Shown: piece by piece, positions 29,295 through 38,066 of the stretch | Layout: each line of letters begins with the position of its first letter | Position numbering within the stretch: position 1 is the first letter of the stretch | Source: an uncultured bacterium | GTDB taxonomy: Bacteria > Krumholzibacteriota > Krumholzibacteriia > LZORAL124-64-63 | Assembly: GCA_963727525.1 (NCBI GenBank) | Contig: CAVSGO010000006.1 | Location: forward strand, 288,001-352,000 | Reading direction: 5' to 3' | DNA length: 64,000 nt | Position numbers and translations under genes: made by a program | Notes under the pieces: model-generated | The model's input: only the letters and a program-made list of their open reading frames with translations | The model's database searches: none | Told to the model about the DNA's origin: nothing

Positions 29295-30581
29295 ATGCCC
29301 ACGCCCCTGGACATGGTGCAGTACCTGGCCCCGTTGCGGCGGGTGATCTGCGCGCCCGACTACGACTGCGCCATTACCTACCTGTGTGAGCAGCTGTCCT
29401 TCGTGGTGCACGCCTACTCCTCGGAGGAGTCGCACAACGGCTGGGTGGTGCCCCCGCGCTGGGAGGTGCAGGAAGCGGTGATTCGCCACGAAGGGGCCGT
29501 CATCTACGACGGCCTCGCGCATCCGCTCGGCGTGATCGCGCTGTCGCGACCATTCACCGGACGCCTCTCGCTCGACGAGCTGCGTCCGCACCTGCACTAC
29601 CACCACGGCGACCCCGACGCCATCCCCTTCCACTACCGCCAGCAGTTCCGCAGCTGGCACCGCGACTGGGGCTTCTGCCTGCCGAAGCGGGTGTGCGACG
29701 GGATGTCGCCCGGGGAGTACGAGGTGACGATCCGCACCGAGGAGTCGCCCGGCACCCTGCGCGTGCTCGAGTACCATCACCCCGGCCGTACGGAGGCCAC
29801 CATCGTCATCGGCGCCGACCTCGATCGCCCCGGCGTGGCCAACGACGGCGTGTCGGGCTGCGCCGTGGGAGTGGAGGTGATGCGGCGCCTGCAGGACCGC
29901 AAGACGAAGTTCAGCTACCGGCTGGTGCTCGTGCCGGGCACGCTGGGCTCGGAGTATTACCTCGGCAAGCTTCCGGTCGGACGCCGCGAGATGCTGTTCG
30001 AAGGCGTGTTCCTGGAGATGCTCGGCACCCCCACGCAGCTCGCGCTCCAGCACTCGCGCGAGGGCCGCTCGGCCCTGGAGTCGTCGCTCGTGCGCGCCCT
30101 TGCCGACCGCGGCACCGACCACCGTACCGGCGCCTACGAGACCGTCATCATCAACGACGAACATGTGTGGGAATCGTACGGAATTCCCATGGCGTCCCTC
30201 TCTCGCTGTCCATATCCGGAATACCACTGTTCGCGCGACAATGCCGAGGCGATGCGTGCCGATTGCCTCGACGAAGCGGTGGACGTGCTCCTGGCCGCCA
30301 TCGACGAGCTGGAGACCACCCAGCTCGTCACCCGCCTGTTCCGTGGCACGATCTGCCTCTCGAACCCCCGGTACGACCTGTACGTGGACCCGGGCGAGCC
30401 GGTGTTCGGCACGGCGGCCCCCGACACGAGGCTCAACCTGCGCCGGCTGATGGACCTGATCCCCACCCTCGACCGCCCGACCACGACCCGCGATCTGGCG
30501 GCGCGCGTAGGCCTACCGGAGACCGAGGTGCAGGCATACCTGGCGAAGTGGGCGGCGAAGGGGTTGGTGCAGATCGACTAG
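29295..30581 (+). CDS. DUF4910/DUF2172 aminopeptidase-like polysaccharide biosynthesis protein with C-terminal winged helix
   Basis: GWVVPPRWEV, LRPHLH, RDWGFCL, ANDGVSG, DEHVW, YPEYHCSRD; terminal HTH; about 428 aa. Confidence 0.8.
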   Translation: MPTPLDMVQYLAPLRRVICAPDYDCAITYLCEQLSFVVHAYSSEESHNGWVVPPRWEVQEAVIRHEGAVIYDGLAHPLGVIALSRPFTGRLSLDELRPHLHYHHGDPDAIPFHYRQQFRSWHRDWGFCLPKRVCDGMSPGEYEVTIRTEESPGTLRVLEYHHPGRTEATIVIGADLDRPGVANDGVSGCAVGVEVMRRLQDRKTKFSYRLVLVPGTLGSEYYLGKLPVGRREMLFEGVFLEMLGTPTQLALQHSREGRSALESSLVRALADRGTDHRTGAYETVIINDEHVWESYGIPMASLSRCPYPEYHCSRDNAEAMRADCLDEAVDVLLAAIDELETTQLVTRLFRGTICLSNPRYDLYVDPGEPVFGTAAPDTRLNLRRLMDLIPTLDRPTTTRDLAARVGLPETEVQAYLAKWAAKGLVQID

Positions 30582-30926
30582 ACGGCGTGGGTGCCTCGTC
30601 TCGACCGCGGCAAGCGCAGCGTGCCCACATCCTCCCACACCCGTTCGCCGCCCACGCCCTGAGCCGCAACTCCAGAGGCGTCATGAGCCCCCTCGATCAA
30701 GACGGTTGAAAACCTCTCCCCACCGCCGTATCCTCATCCCCGGGGAACGACCCGCTACCCACCAACCGCGGTTTCACGACGTCCCGCGGCCCCCGGGACC
30801 GCGGGACGCCAAAGGCGAGCACCCTCGCCCCACCCTGCTCGCTCGCATATCGCGCGACACAGACCTCGCCAGTTCTCCACACAGGTCTGCGTACCGCAAT
30901 ATCGAGGTCGTTGGAAATGGAGTGAA

Positions 30927-31802
30927 ATGGGTTGGGACAAAGTGAGGGGTTTCGTGGAATTGGCGCGACAAGAGCGACTTGACCGTCTTCGTGACTTCGT
31001 GGTGGTTGCGTGCCTGGCAGCTGCGACCGCAACATGCAGTTCGGTCCACGCCAACGTTGAAGATACAACAGTAGTCCTGATCGGAACGCTGCACGGATAT
31101 CATGACAAGTCTATGACGTATTCGACAACCGATCTTCGCGACATCATCATCGCGCTAGATCCTGCCGCTATACTTTGCGAACTACCACCGACCATGGATG
31201 GTCTTCCTACGACTACCGATGGCCGAATCCGTCCGTGCTTTGACGGCAATGAGGATATCGCCGTGAATCAGGCTGCCGACTCACTGCATGTGCCTGCCCT
31301 TCCTTACGACCGTGATCGTAGGAATGAGAGATACCGGGAGACCAGGTATTTCGAACGCGAGAAGTTTGCGTTTCAGCAGCTGGCCGAGTGGTCTGGTCAA
31401 AGCGATGGAGACTCGGCATCGGCCGCTTGCGGTGTCGCTCTCGACTGTTTGGAAAACGTTCAGCGTGCGCAGATGGAGCTGGCCGTCCACGCTGGACCGC
31501 AGGTCGTGAACTCGCAAGCTTTTGATCAGTTATCGAGAAGTACCCGATACTTGGCGTATCGGCTCATTCCGAAATTGCTTGTTGGCGCGCACATGGACAC
31601 GGTTGCAACGGACCTCGAGTTCCTCTCCGGCGAATGGAAGACGCGCAATCGCGCCATGGCTGACAACATCGAACGAATCGCGGCCGGATATTCGGGCAAA
31701 CGGATCGCAGTCCTTTGTGGTGCGGAGCACCGGTATATCCTCAACGGATTATTGCAAGGCAGAGATGGTATCGTGGTAGAGGAATATTATGGCGTTGAAT
31801 AG
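30927..31802 (+). CDS. TraB/Tiki-superfamily (DUF5694-like) secreted protein; start uncertain
   Basis: LIGTLH, ILCE, WKTRNRAMADNI, VLCGAEH; GC clearly lower than the flanks. Confidence 0.6.
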   Translation: MGWDKVRGFVELARQERLDRLRDFVVVACLAAATATCSSVHANVEDTTVVLIGTLHGYHDKSMTYSTTDLRDIIIALDPAAILCELPPTMDGLPTTTDGRIRPCFDGNEDIAVNQAADSLHVPALPYDRDRRNERYRETRYFEREKFAFQQLAEWSGQSDGDSASAACGVALDCLENVQRAQMELAVHAGPQVVNSQAFDQLSRSTRYLAYRLIPKLLVGAHMDTVATDLEFLSGEWKTRNRAMADNIERIAAGYSGKRIAVLCGAEHRYILNGLLQGRDGIVVEEYYGVE

Positions 31803-32170
31803 TCGTCGTGCGCACGACCACACACCTGATCGTTGGAATAGCCCGCCCGCACCATGCCCGCGCTGATGAAACACCCGACCTCGCATAGTTTGGTGGAGGG
31901 GGCGGGCAAGGAAAGCTGTTCAGTAACCTACAACATCTCGCACTTGGTCTCGCGAACAGAGTCGGGGGTGACAGGACGGGGCGATTCCGCAAACGACGGC
32001 GGCGACTCGTACCGCTGGGTGGGCGACCATTCTTGTTGTGGTCCTCGGCACGCTTTGGCGCTCGGCGGTTCCGCCGGACCTGGTGTCGGGCGAGTGGCGG
32101 CTGCTCGGATCCATGGTGCGGGCGCGCTTGATCCGGCGCTGCCGTGGACAACGGAGAGGGGGCCTCGCAA

Positions 32171-32605
32171 ATGGCACGAGCGTTGGTGGTTGCCGTGATT
32201 GGCGCCGTTATTGTCCTCGTTTCGGCTTGTAGCGGATATCGAGAATTCCCGCGTCCGTGGAATAGTGGGCCGGTGGGCGGGGAATTCGAGACGGGAAGTG
32301 TTCTCCACGTCGGCGATCGATTGCGGCTGGTCTCGTTGGATGGCAGGGTCGCGGGGGGAATCCTCGTCGAACTCGATGAGTTCGCGATCACACTCGTGGA
32401 CACATCTGACGTTGCTCGTCTGGTTTCGACTCCGGTCGACCAGGTCGAACGCCTCGAGGTCTATCGGTCCGGAATTTCCGGCAAATCGATGCGTACGATT
32501 GCGGTCGCAGGGGCAGTGTCTGCAGTGATCTACGCAATTGTGGAATCCGAGTCCGGCTCGGCGTTCCGTCCTGAAGCCGGCGCGCCGTCGAAATTGCCAA
32601 GGTAG
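32171..32605 (+). CDS. Hypothetical lipoprotein
   Basis: Hydrophobic N-terminus with lipobox LVSA-C; small beta domain; C-terminal hydrophobic segment. Confidence 0.55.
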   Translation: MARALVVAVIGAVIVLVSACSGYREFPRPWNSGPVGGEFETGSVLHVGDRLRLVSLDGRVAGGILVELDEFAITLVDTSDVARLVSTPVDQVERLEVYRSGISGKSMRTIAVAGAVSAVIYAIVESESGSAFRPEAGAPSKLPR

Positions 32606-32685
32606 CGAACTCTCGCCGACTTTGCGGCTGAACGTGGCGGCGGCGCTTCCACCGACGTCGAACGTACGAATCCTGGGAGAGACCC

Positions 32686-32970
32686 ATGCGAGACTCCGTT
32701 CCGAAGGCTCGATTTCTTGCCGCCGCCGTCGTGGGCATGGTCGTGATTGCCGCAGTCGGTGGTCTTCTCTATGGCGTGGTGTTTGCGGGCTTCATCAAGG
32801 CAAACCTCGAACCGGTGAATGGCGTCATGAAAGCTCCCGAGTTTCTCTGGGTGGGGCTGGCCCATGTCCCGTTCGGGTTGCTGCTTGCGTTGCTGGTGTT
32901 GTGGAGGGGGGAACTCTCGGCGCGCGGTGGCGAAAAACGAGTGCGATGGGGTTCTCGCAATGAGGCGTGA
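32686..32970 (+). pseudogene. Small membrane protein, probably 3'-truncated
   Basis: RBS GGAGAG; two TM helices, then an abrupt switch to a polar tail after ...GELSARGG. Confidence 0.4.
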
Positions 32971-33346
32971 GCGGCAGGAAAGCCCGGAAGCCGAGACGTC
33001 GACGCCGGCGTCACGGCACTCGCGTCATGGCGCGATATTCACCGTGCTGGCTGTCGTTCTCGGCCTTGGCATCGGGTGGCTCGACCTGCATACCACCGAG
33101 GTTGTCGTGACGGTTCTCGCCCTGCTGCTGGCCGGCCTGCTCCTCGGCCTCCTGCAGCCGACGGCGGCATGGCGCTTGGCGGTGCTGCTCGCGCTGGGGC
33201 TGCCCGCCATGGCGCTCGCAGGCCAGCTTCTTCGCCTGCACACATCCGAACCGATCCACGGTGATCTGCGCGTTGTCATGGTCGCTTTCGCATTCGCGTT
33301 GGTCGGTTGCTACGGCGGTGTCATGATTCGTCGGAATGTCGCGTAG
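32960..33346 (+). CDS. Hypothetical membrane protein (about 4 TM)
   Basis: Continuous hydrophobic helices (LGLGIGWLDL, LLGLLQP, AWRLAVLL, FALVGCYGG). Confidence 0.65.
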   Translation: MRRERQESPEAETSTPASRHSRHGAIFTVLAVVLGLGIGWLDLHTTEVVVTVLALLLAGLLLGLLQPTAAWRLAVLLALGLPAMALAGQLLRLHTSEPIHGDLRVVMVAFAFALVGCYGGVMIRRNVA

Positions 33347-33389
33347 CGTGCTGGCGCCTCCATGAATGCGCATGGTCGGCCGAGGCGAG

Positions 33390-33461
33390 ATGTGCAAGAC
33401 ACGCAGCATGTGCAAGACACGCAGCATGTGCAAGACACGCAGCATGTGCAAGACACGCAGC
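33390..33461. repeat. Perfect 18-bp tandem repeat ATGTGCAAGACACGCAGC x4
   Basis: Units at 33390, 33408, 33426, 33444; degenerate copy ATGATGAAGACACAGAGC at 33466-33483. Confidence 0.95.
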
Positions 33462-33643
33462 GACCATGATGAAGACACAGAGCGACATGTCGCAGAACAC
33501 TGGATCACCACCGCGCCTGACAGATGCCGGCCTCGACGGGAACCCACTGCGGGCCATCGGCCATCGCGAGGGAGAAACGCCCGACCCGGTCAAGCCGGCG
33601 AGATCAGGGGCCTGGAAACCCGAAGGGCGTGTGCGTCCCGGGT

Positions 33644-34117
33644 TCAGCCCTGCGCCTTGTTCTTCATCATCTCCTGCATGCGCTTCTGCAACTCCGGGGG
33701 CGCGACATCCTCCACGTGGGTGGCGATGTTCCACGCGTGGCCGAACGGATCGGTGAGCATACCCGAGCGATCGCCGTAGAACTGGTTCTCCACGGGGCGG
33801 GTCTGCGTGGCTCCGGCGTTGATCGCGCGCTCGAACACGGTATCGACGTCGTCGACATAGATCAGCAGGCTGACGGACATGCGGGTGTCACCCGTCGGCG
33901 CGAAGCAGCCCATCTGGGGCGCCTCGTCGGCCAGCATCACGCGGCCGTGACCGATCTTCAGCTCGGCGTGGCCGATCTTGCCGTTGGGCGCCGGCATGCG
34001 CATCGTCTCCTTCGCGTCGAAAGCGCTCGTGTAGAAGTCGATCGCCTTCGCGGCGTCCTTGACGATCAGATACGGCGTCACGGCCTCATAGCCCTCGGGG
34101 ATCTTGCGAATGGTCAT
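33644..34117 (-). CDS. VOC/glyoxalase family protein (PhnB-like)
   Basis: VTPYLIV, AIDFY, HAELKIG, QFYGDRSG, DPFGHAW. Confidence 0.92.
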   Translation of the reverse strand: MTIRKIPEGYEAVTPYLIVKDAAKAIDFYTSAFDAKETMRMPAPNGKIGHAELKIGHGRVMLADEAPQMGCFAPTGDTRMSVSLLIYVDDVDTVFERAINAGATQTRPVENQFYGDRSGMLTDPFGHAWNIATHVEDVAPPELQKRMQEMMKNKAQG

Positions 34118-34302
34118 GGTAGCGTGGCCTCCTCTTCGGTTTGGGGGAAGAGGACAAGAAACATCGGGTCTGGCGGAACCGCATCGCGCGTGCGTCGAAC
34201 GCGTTGATCATGTCGTGTCATCCGAATCGGGGCGGCTGGATGAGACACGAAGAAAAGGTGGTCGCGACATGCGACCACCTTCGATCGTGTGACGAGCCAC
34301 GC

Positions 34303-34998
34303 TCAGAACGTCACCACCGCCCCCGCCGCGTACGACCACATGGATGTGGCGCTCTCGGTGGGTGAGAAGACCGGGCGGTCGTCGACCAGCGCGATATCGC
34401 CCTCGGTGAGGTACTTCGCCTTGGCACCGTGCTGGTAGGTGGCGCCCAGGTCGAGGTACACGCCCGGCTTCTTCGCGCCGTGGTCACCGTCGCGCAGGCG
34501 GATGAGCAGGCCGGCGCCGACGCTGGAGAATGCGGCCGTGTCATCGTAGTTGGTCTTGTGGGCGATCTCGTCGTCGTGCCACCAGCCGTCATCCTCGAGC
34601 TTGGACTCGGTCCACAGATAATTCAGGCCCAGACGCGCCTCGCCGTACGGTTGCACCGCGCCCGAGAGCGGCTGCACGCGGGCGAAGAGATAGCCGCCGG
34701 CCAGGTTGTTGGTGGTGGTGAGGTCGAAGCCGTCGACCAGCGGCAGTTCCTGGTGGGTGGACTCGCTGCCGTAGATCATGCCGTGCAGGCCGAGGCCGAC
34801 CGTGATCCCCTGCCGCACGCGCACGCCGTAGTGAGCGTCGAGGCCGTAGCCCGCGCCGTCGATGGCGTCGCCGAAGGCGCCCTGAGGTTCGGCGACGATG
34901 AACTGCAGGCCGCCCTCCTGCTCGATGGCCACCGCGTGGATGGCCACGATGGCGACGACGGAGACGATCACGATCCTGGTGGCGATGGCGATTCTCAT
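34303..34998 (-). CDS. Outer-membrane beta-barrel protein
   Basis: Signal peptide; amphipathic strands (QPYGEARLGLNY); C-terminal ...GAVVTF. Confidence 0.7.
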   Translation of the reverse strand: MRIAIATRIVIVSVVAIVAIHAVAIEQEGGLQFIVAEPQGAFGDAIDGAGYGLDAHYGVRVRQGITVGLGLHGMIYGSESTHQELPLVDGFDLTTTNNLAGGYLFARVQPLSGAVQPYGEARLGLNYLWTESKLEDDGWWHDDEIAHKTNYDDTAAFSSVGAGLLIRLRDGDHGAKKPGVYLDLGATYQHGAKAKYLTEGDIALVDDRPVFSPTESATSMWSYAAGAVVTF

Positions 34999-35252
34999 GG
35001 CTGGTTTCCCTTGCTTGGAGGTGGGCCGCGTGCCGACGTGTGTCGCCCGCGCGGCTGTCGTGTCATGTCGCTCGCCATATCGCGAATATCGTGCCGCGGC
35101 CGGCTCCGATGCGGGGGCGTTGCTATCGTTTTTTTCGACAACTGGTTAGACGGGTCGCGAGGAATCGACGAGGAGGCCAACCGGTGTGCTCTTCCGTCAC
35201 ACTGTATCTGGCCGTCCCGCAGACCGGCCCGATTCCCACGATCGGGTCGACG

Positions 35253-35281
35253 TTGGCCGTCACTGCGATCCGTGCTATATA
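35253..35281 (+). promoter_or_regulatory. Putative sigma70 promoter for the second sugar operon
   Basis: TTGGCC-17 bp-TATATA with extended -10 TG; RBS GGAGG before ATG 35306. Confidence 0.45.
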
Positions 35282-35305
35282 GTTGCCCCTGGATCGGAGG
35301 TCCTG

Positions 35306-36289
35306 ATGGCGACACAGCGTGTTCTCGTGACCGGCGCGGCCGGTTACATCGGCTCGGTGGTCGTGCGGCAACTCCTGGCCGCGGGCCATCATGTCCGCGG
35401 TTTCGATGCCCTATTCTTCGGGGGCGACGCCCTGCTCGGCGTCTTCGGCGACCCGCATTTCGACTTCGTGCGGGGTGATCTGCGCGACGGGGCGGCGGTG
35501 CAGGAGGCGCTGCGCGGCGTGGATGCCGTGGTGCACCTGGCCGCCATCGTCGGCGACCCGGCCTGCGCCCGGGAGCCTGAGCTGGCCCGCGCCATCAATG
35601 GCGACGCTTCGCGCGAGCTGCTGGCGCGCTGTGTCGACACGCCCACGGTGAAGCGGTTCGTCTTCGCGTCCACGTGCAGCAACTACGGGCGCGGGGCGCC
35701 GGGCGAGTTCGTACATGAAGAGTCGCCGCTCAACCCGGTGTCGCTCTATGCCGAGTTGAAGGTGGCCTTCGAGACGCAACTGTTCGGACTCGACGCGCGC
35801 TCCGATTTCGTGCCCACGGCCCTGCGCTTCGCCACGGTATACGGGCTGTCGCCGAGGCCACGTTTCGATCTCACGGTGAACGAGTTCGTACGCGAGGTTG
35901 CGCTGGGACGCACGCTGAAGATCTTCGGCGAGCAGTTCTGGCGGCCCTACTGCCACGTGGACGATCTCGCGGGGGCGTGCGGGCTGGTGCTGGCCAGCGA
36001 CGCCGCGAAGGTGAACCGTAACGTCTTCAACGTGGGTGACACCCGCGAGAACTATCAGAAGAAGATGATCGCCGATGCGATCCTGGTCGTGGTGCCGGAT
36101 GCCCGCATCGAGTACGTCAAGAAGGACGAGGATCCGCGCGACTACCGCGTCGACTTCACGCGCATCGCCGACACGCTGGGCTTCGCGATCACGAAGCGCG
36201 TGTCCGATGGTATCCGTGAAGTGCACGCCGCCCTGGCCGCCGGCATCTTCAGCGATCCCGACTCGCCGCGTTATCGCAACATCGCGTGA
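35306..36289 (+). CDS. NAD-dependent epimerase/dehydratase (extended SDR)
   Basis: TGAAGYIGS, HLAAIVGDPAC, STCSNYG, YAELK, RFDLTVN. Confidence 0.88.
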   Translation: MATQRVLVTGAAGYIGSVVVRQLLAAGHHVRGFDALFFGGDALLGVFGDPHFDFVRGDLRDGAAVQEALRGVDAVVHLAAIVGDPACAREPELARAINGDASRELLARCVDTPTVKRFVFASTCSNYGRGAPGEFVHEESPLNPVSLYAELKVAFETQLFGLDARSDFVPTALRFATVYGLSPRPRFDLTVNEFVREVALGRTLKIFGEQFWRPYCHVDDLAGACGLVLASDAAKVNRNVFNVGDTRENYQKKMIADAILVVVPDARIEYVKKDEDPRDYRVDFTRIADTLGFAITKRVSDGIREVHAALAAGIFSDPDSPRYRNIA

Positions 36290-36315
36290 CGGGCGAGCGG
36301 GCGAGGGAGGCTCCC

Positions 36316-37242
36316 GTGCACGACATCCCCGTCGCCATCCTCGGCGTCACCGAGGGCAACGGCCACCCGTTCTCCTTCTCCGCCATCATCAACGGTTTCG
36401 ACGAGGCGGGCATGGCCGCGTCGGGCTGGGCCGGCATCCACACCTACGTGCGCCGGCGCGACCCGTCGGAGTTCGGCTTTCCGCCGCTGCGCATCACGCA
36501 CGCGTGGACGCAGGATCCCGAGGTGACGGCCAGGCTGCAGGCGGCCAGTCGCATCCCGCATGGCGTGAGCGACCCGGCCGACCTGCTCGGCCAGGTGCAG
36601 GCCGTGATCATCGCCCGCGACGATCACGCCAACCACTGGACGATGGCGCAGCCGTTCCTCGAGGCGGGCATGAAGGTCTTCCTCGACAAGCCGCTCTCCC
36701 TGCAGCCCGACGAGCTGCGCCGGTTCCTGCCTTACCTCGAGCGCGGGCAGCTCATGTCGTGCTCGGGACTGCGCTTCGCGAAGGAACTCGACGAGCCGCG
36801 GGCCGAGCTGGCCAGCTATGGCAAGCTGGCGCTGGTACGTGGGGCGGTGCTCTTCGACTGGCCACGCTACGGCGTGCACATGGTCGACGCCATCCTCGGC
36901 CTGCTGCCGTCGCGGCCGGTGGCCGTGTCGGCGCATCGCTGCGCGCACACGTCGGTGGCCATCGAGATGGACGACGACACTTTGGTGACGATCGACGCTC
37001 TCGAGCAGGTGCCGAAGATCTTCCGCGTCGACGTGATCGGGGAGAAGCGCATCACGTCGCACGAGATCGAGGACAATTTCAGCATGTTCCGCCGCGCCAT
37101 GGGCGCCTTCGCGCGCATGGTGACGACGGGCGAACCGCAGATCCCCCCGCAGCGTACGCTCGACGTCATGCGTGTGCTCATCGCGGGGCAGCGCGCGCGT
37201 GAAGAGCAAAGGAGAGTGACCGTCGATGAGCTCGGCATATGA
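36316..37242 (+). CDS. Gfo/Idh/MocA family oxidoreductase
   Basis: GNGHPFSFS, VFLDKPL, YGVHMVD; GTG after GGAGG (36286 is an alternative start). Confidence 0.75.
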   Translation: MHDIPVAILGVTEGNGHPFSFSAIINGFDEAGMAASGWAGIHTYVRRRDPSEFGFPPLRITHAWTQDPEVTARLQAASRIPHGVSDPADLLGQVQAVIIARDDHANHWTMAQPFLEAGMKVFLDKPLSLQPDELRRFLPYLERGQLMSCSGLRFAKELDEPRAELASYGKLALVRGAVLFDWPRYGVHMVDAILGLLPSRPVAVSAHRCAHTSVAIEMDDDTLVTIDALEQVPKIFRVDVIGEKRITSHEIEDNFSMFRRAMGAFARMVTTGEPQIPPQRTLDVMRVLIAGQRAREEQRRVTVDELGI

Positions 37243-38050
37243 TCACCTGTTCGACCTGGCCGGCAAGACGGCCATCGTCACCGGCGGCGTGGGCATTCTC
37301 GGACGCGGGTTCTGCCGCGGCCTGGCGGAGTACGGCGCCCACGTGGTCGTGGCCGACGTGCGCGAGGAGGCCGCCGTCGCCTACGCGGCCGAGCTGAGCG
37401 AAGCCACGGGTCGCGACGCCCTGGGCGTGGGTTGCGACGTGGCCGACGAGGCGTCCGTGAAGGACCTCGTGGCGCGCGCGGTCGACCGCTTCGGCGGCGT
37501 GGACATCCTGCATAACAACGCCGCCTCCAAGTCGAAGAACCTCGAGGCGTTCTTCGCGCCGGTGGAGGACTACTCCCTCGAGGAGTGGCGTCACGTCATG
37601 TCCGTGAATCTGGACGGGCTCTTCCTGGTGGCCAAGGTCGTGGGCGGCCAGATGCGGGCGCAGGGCCGCGGCGGCAGCATCATCCAGACGGCGTCGATCT
37701 ATGGCGTGGTGGCCTCGGACAAGCGCATCTACGAGGGCTCCCAGTACATGGGGATGCAGATCAGCAATCCGCCGGTATACAGCGCCTCGAAGGCGGGCGT
37801 CGTGGGCCTGACGCGCTACCTCGCCGCCTACTGGGGCGACGTGGGCATTCGCGTGAACGCGCTCGTGCCCGGCGGCGTGGAGAGCGGCCAGAACGACACG
37901 TTCAAGCAGCGCTACGCCGCGCGCGTGCCCATGGGCCGCATGGCGCAGGCCGACGAGATGGTGGGCGCGTTGATCTACCTGGCGTCGCCGGCCTCGAGCT
38001 ACGTGACCGGCCAGACGCTGATCGTGGACGGCGGCTTGACGTGCTGGTAG
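37226..38050 (+). CDS. SDR oxidoreductase, PtmA-like (second copy)
   Basis: TGGVGILG, ILHNNAA, SIYG...PPVYSASKAG, TRYLA, VDGG. Confidence 0.87.
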   Translation: MSSAYDHLFDLAGKTAIVTGGVGILGRGFCRGLAEYGAHVVVADVREEAAVAYAAELSEATGRDALGVGCDVADEASVKDLVARAVDRFGGVDILHNNAASKSKNLEAFFAPVEDYSLEEWRHVMSVNLDGLFLVAKVVGGQMRAQGRGGSIIQTASIYGVVASDKRIYEGSQYMGMQISNPPVYSASKAGVVGLTRYLAAYWGDVGIRVNALVPGGVESGQNDTFKQRYAARVPMGRMAQADEMVGALIYLASPASSYVTGQTLIVDGGLTCW

Positions 38051-38066
38051 GCGGGGTGGTTGTGCC

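Noticed and set aside
4881-30581. Apparent N-terminal extensions or fusions in track ORFs 4881-7889, 7732-10644, 24256-25485 and 28086-30581
   Set aside because: The extensions overlap upstream genes in another frame; better starts are at 5322, 9175, 24481 and 29295
33390-33483. CRISPR array
   Set aside because: The units are contiguous 18-mers with no unique spacers, and there are no cas genes in the window
30582-33640. Integron cassette array
   Set aside because: No intI, and no convincing RYYYAAC...GTTRRRY attC pairs between the small genes; only a GCGGCTGAAC fragment near 32623
35306-36289. legB (GDP-GlcNAc 4,6-dehydratase)
   Set aside because: It lacks the LegB-type HLAALIAIPYSY signature as I recall it and has HLAAIVGDPAC instead; left as a generic epimerase/dehydratase
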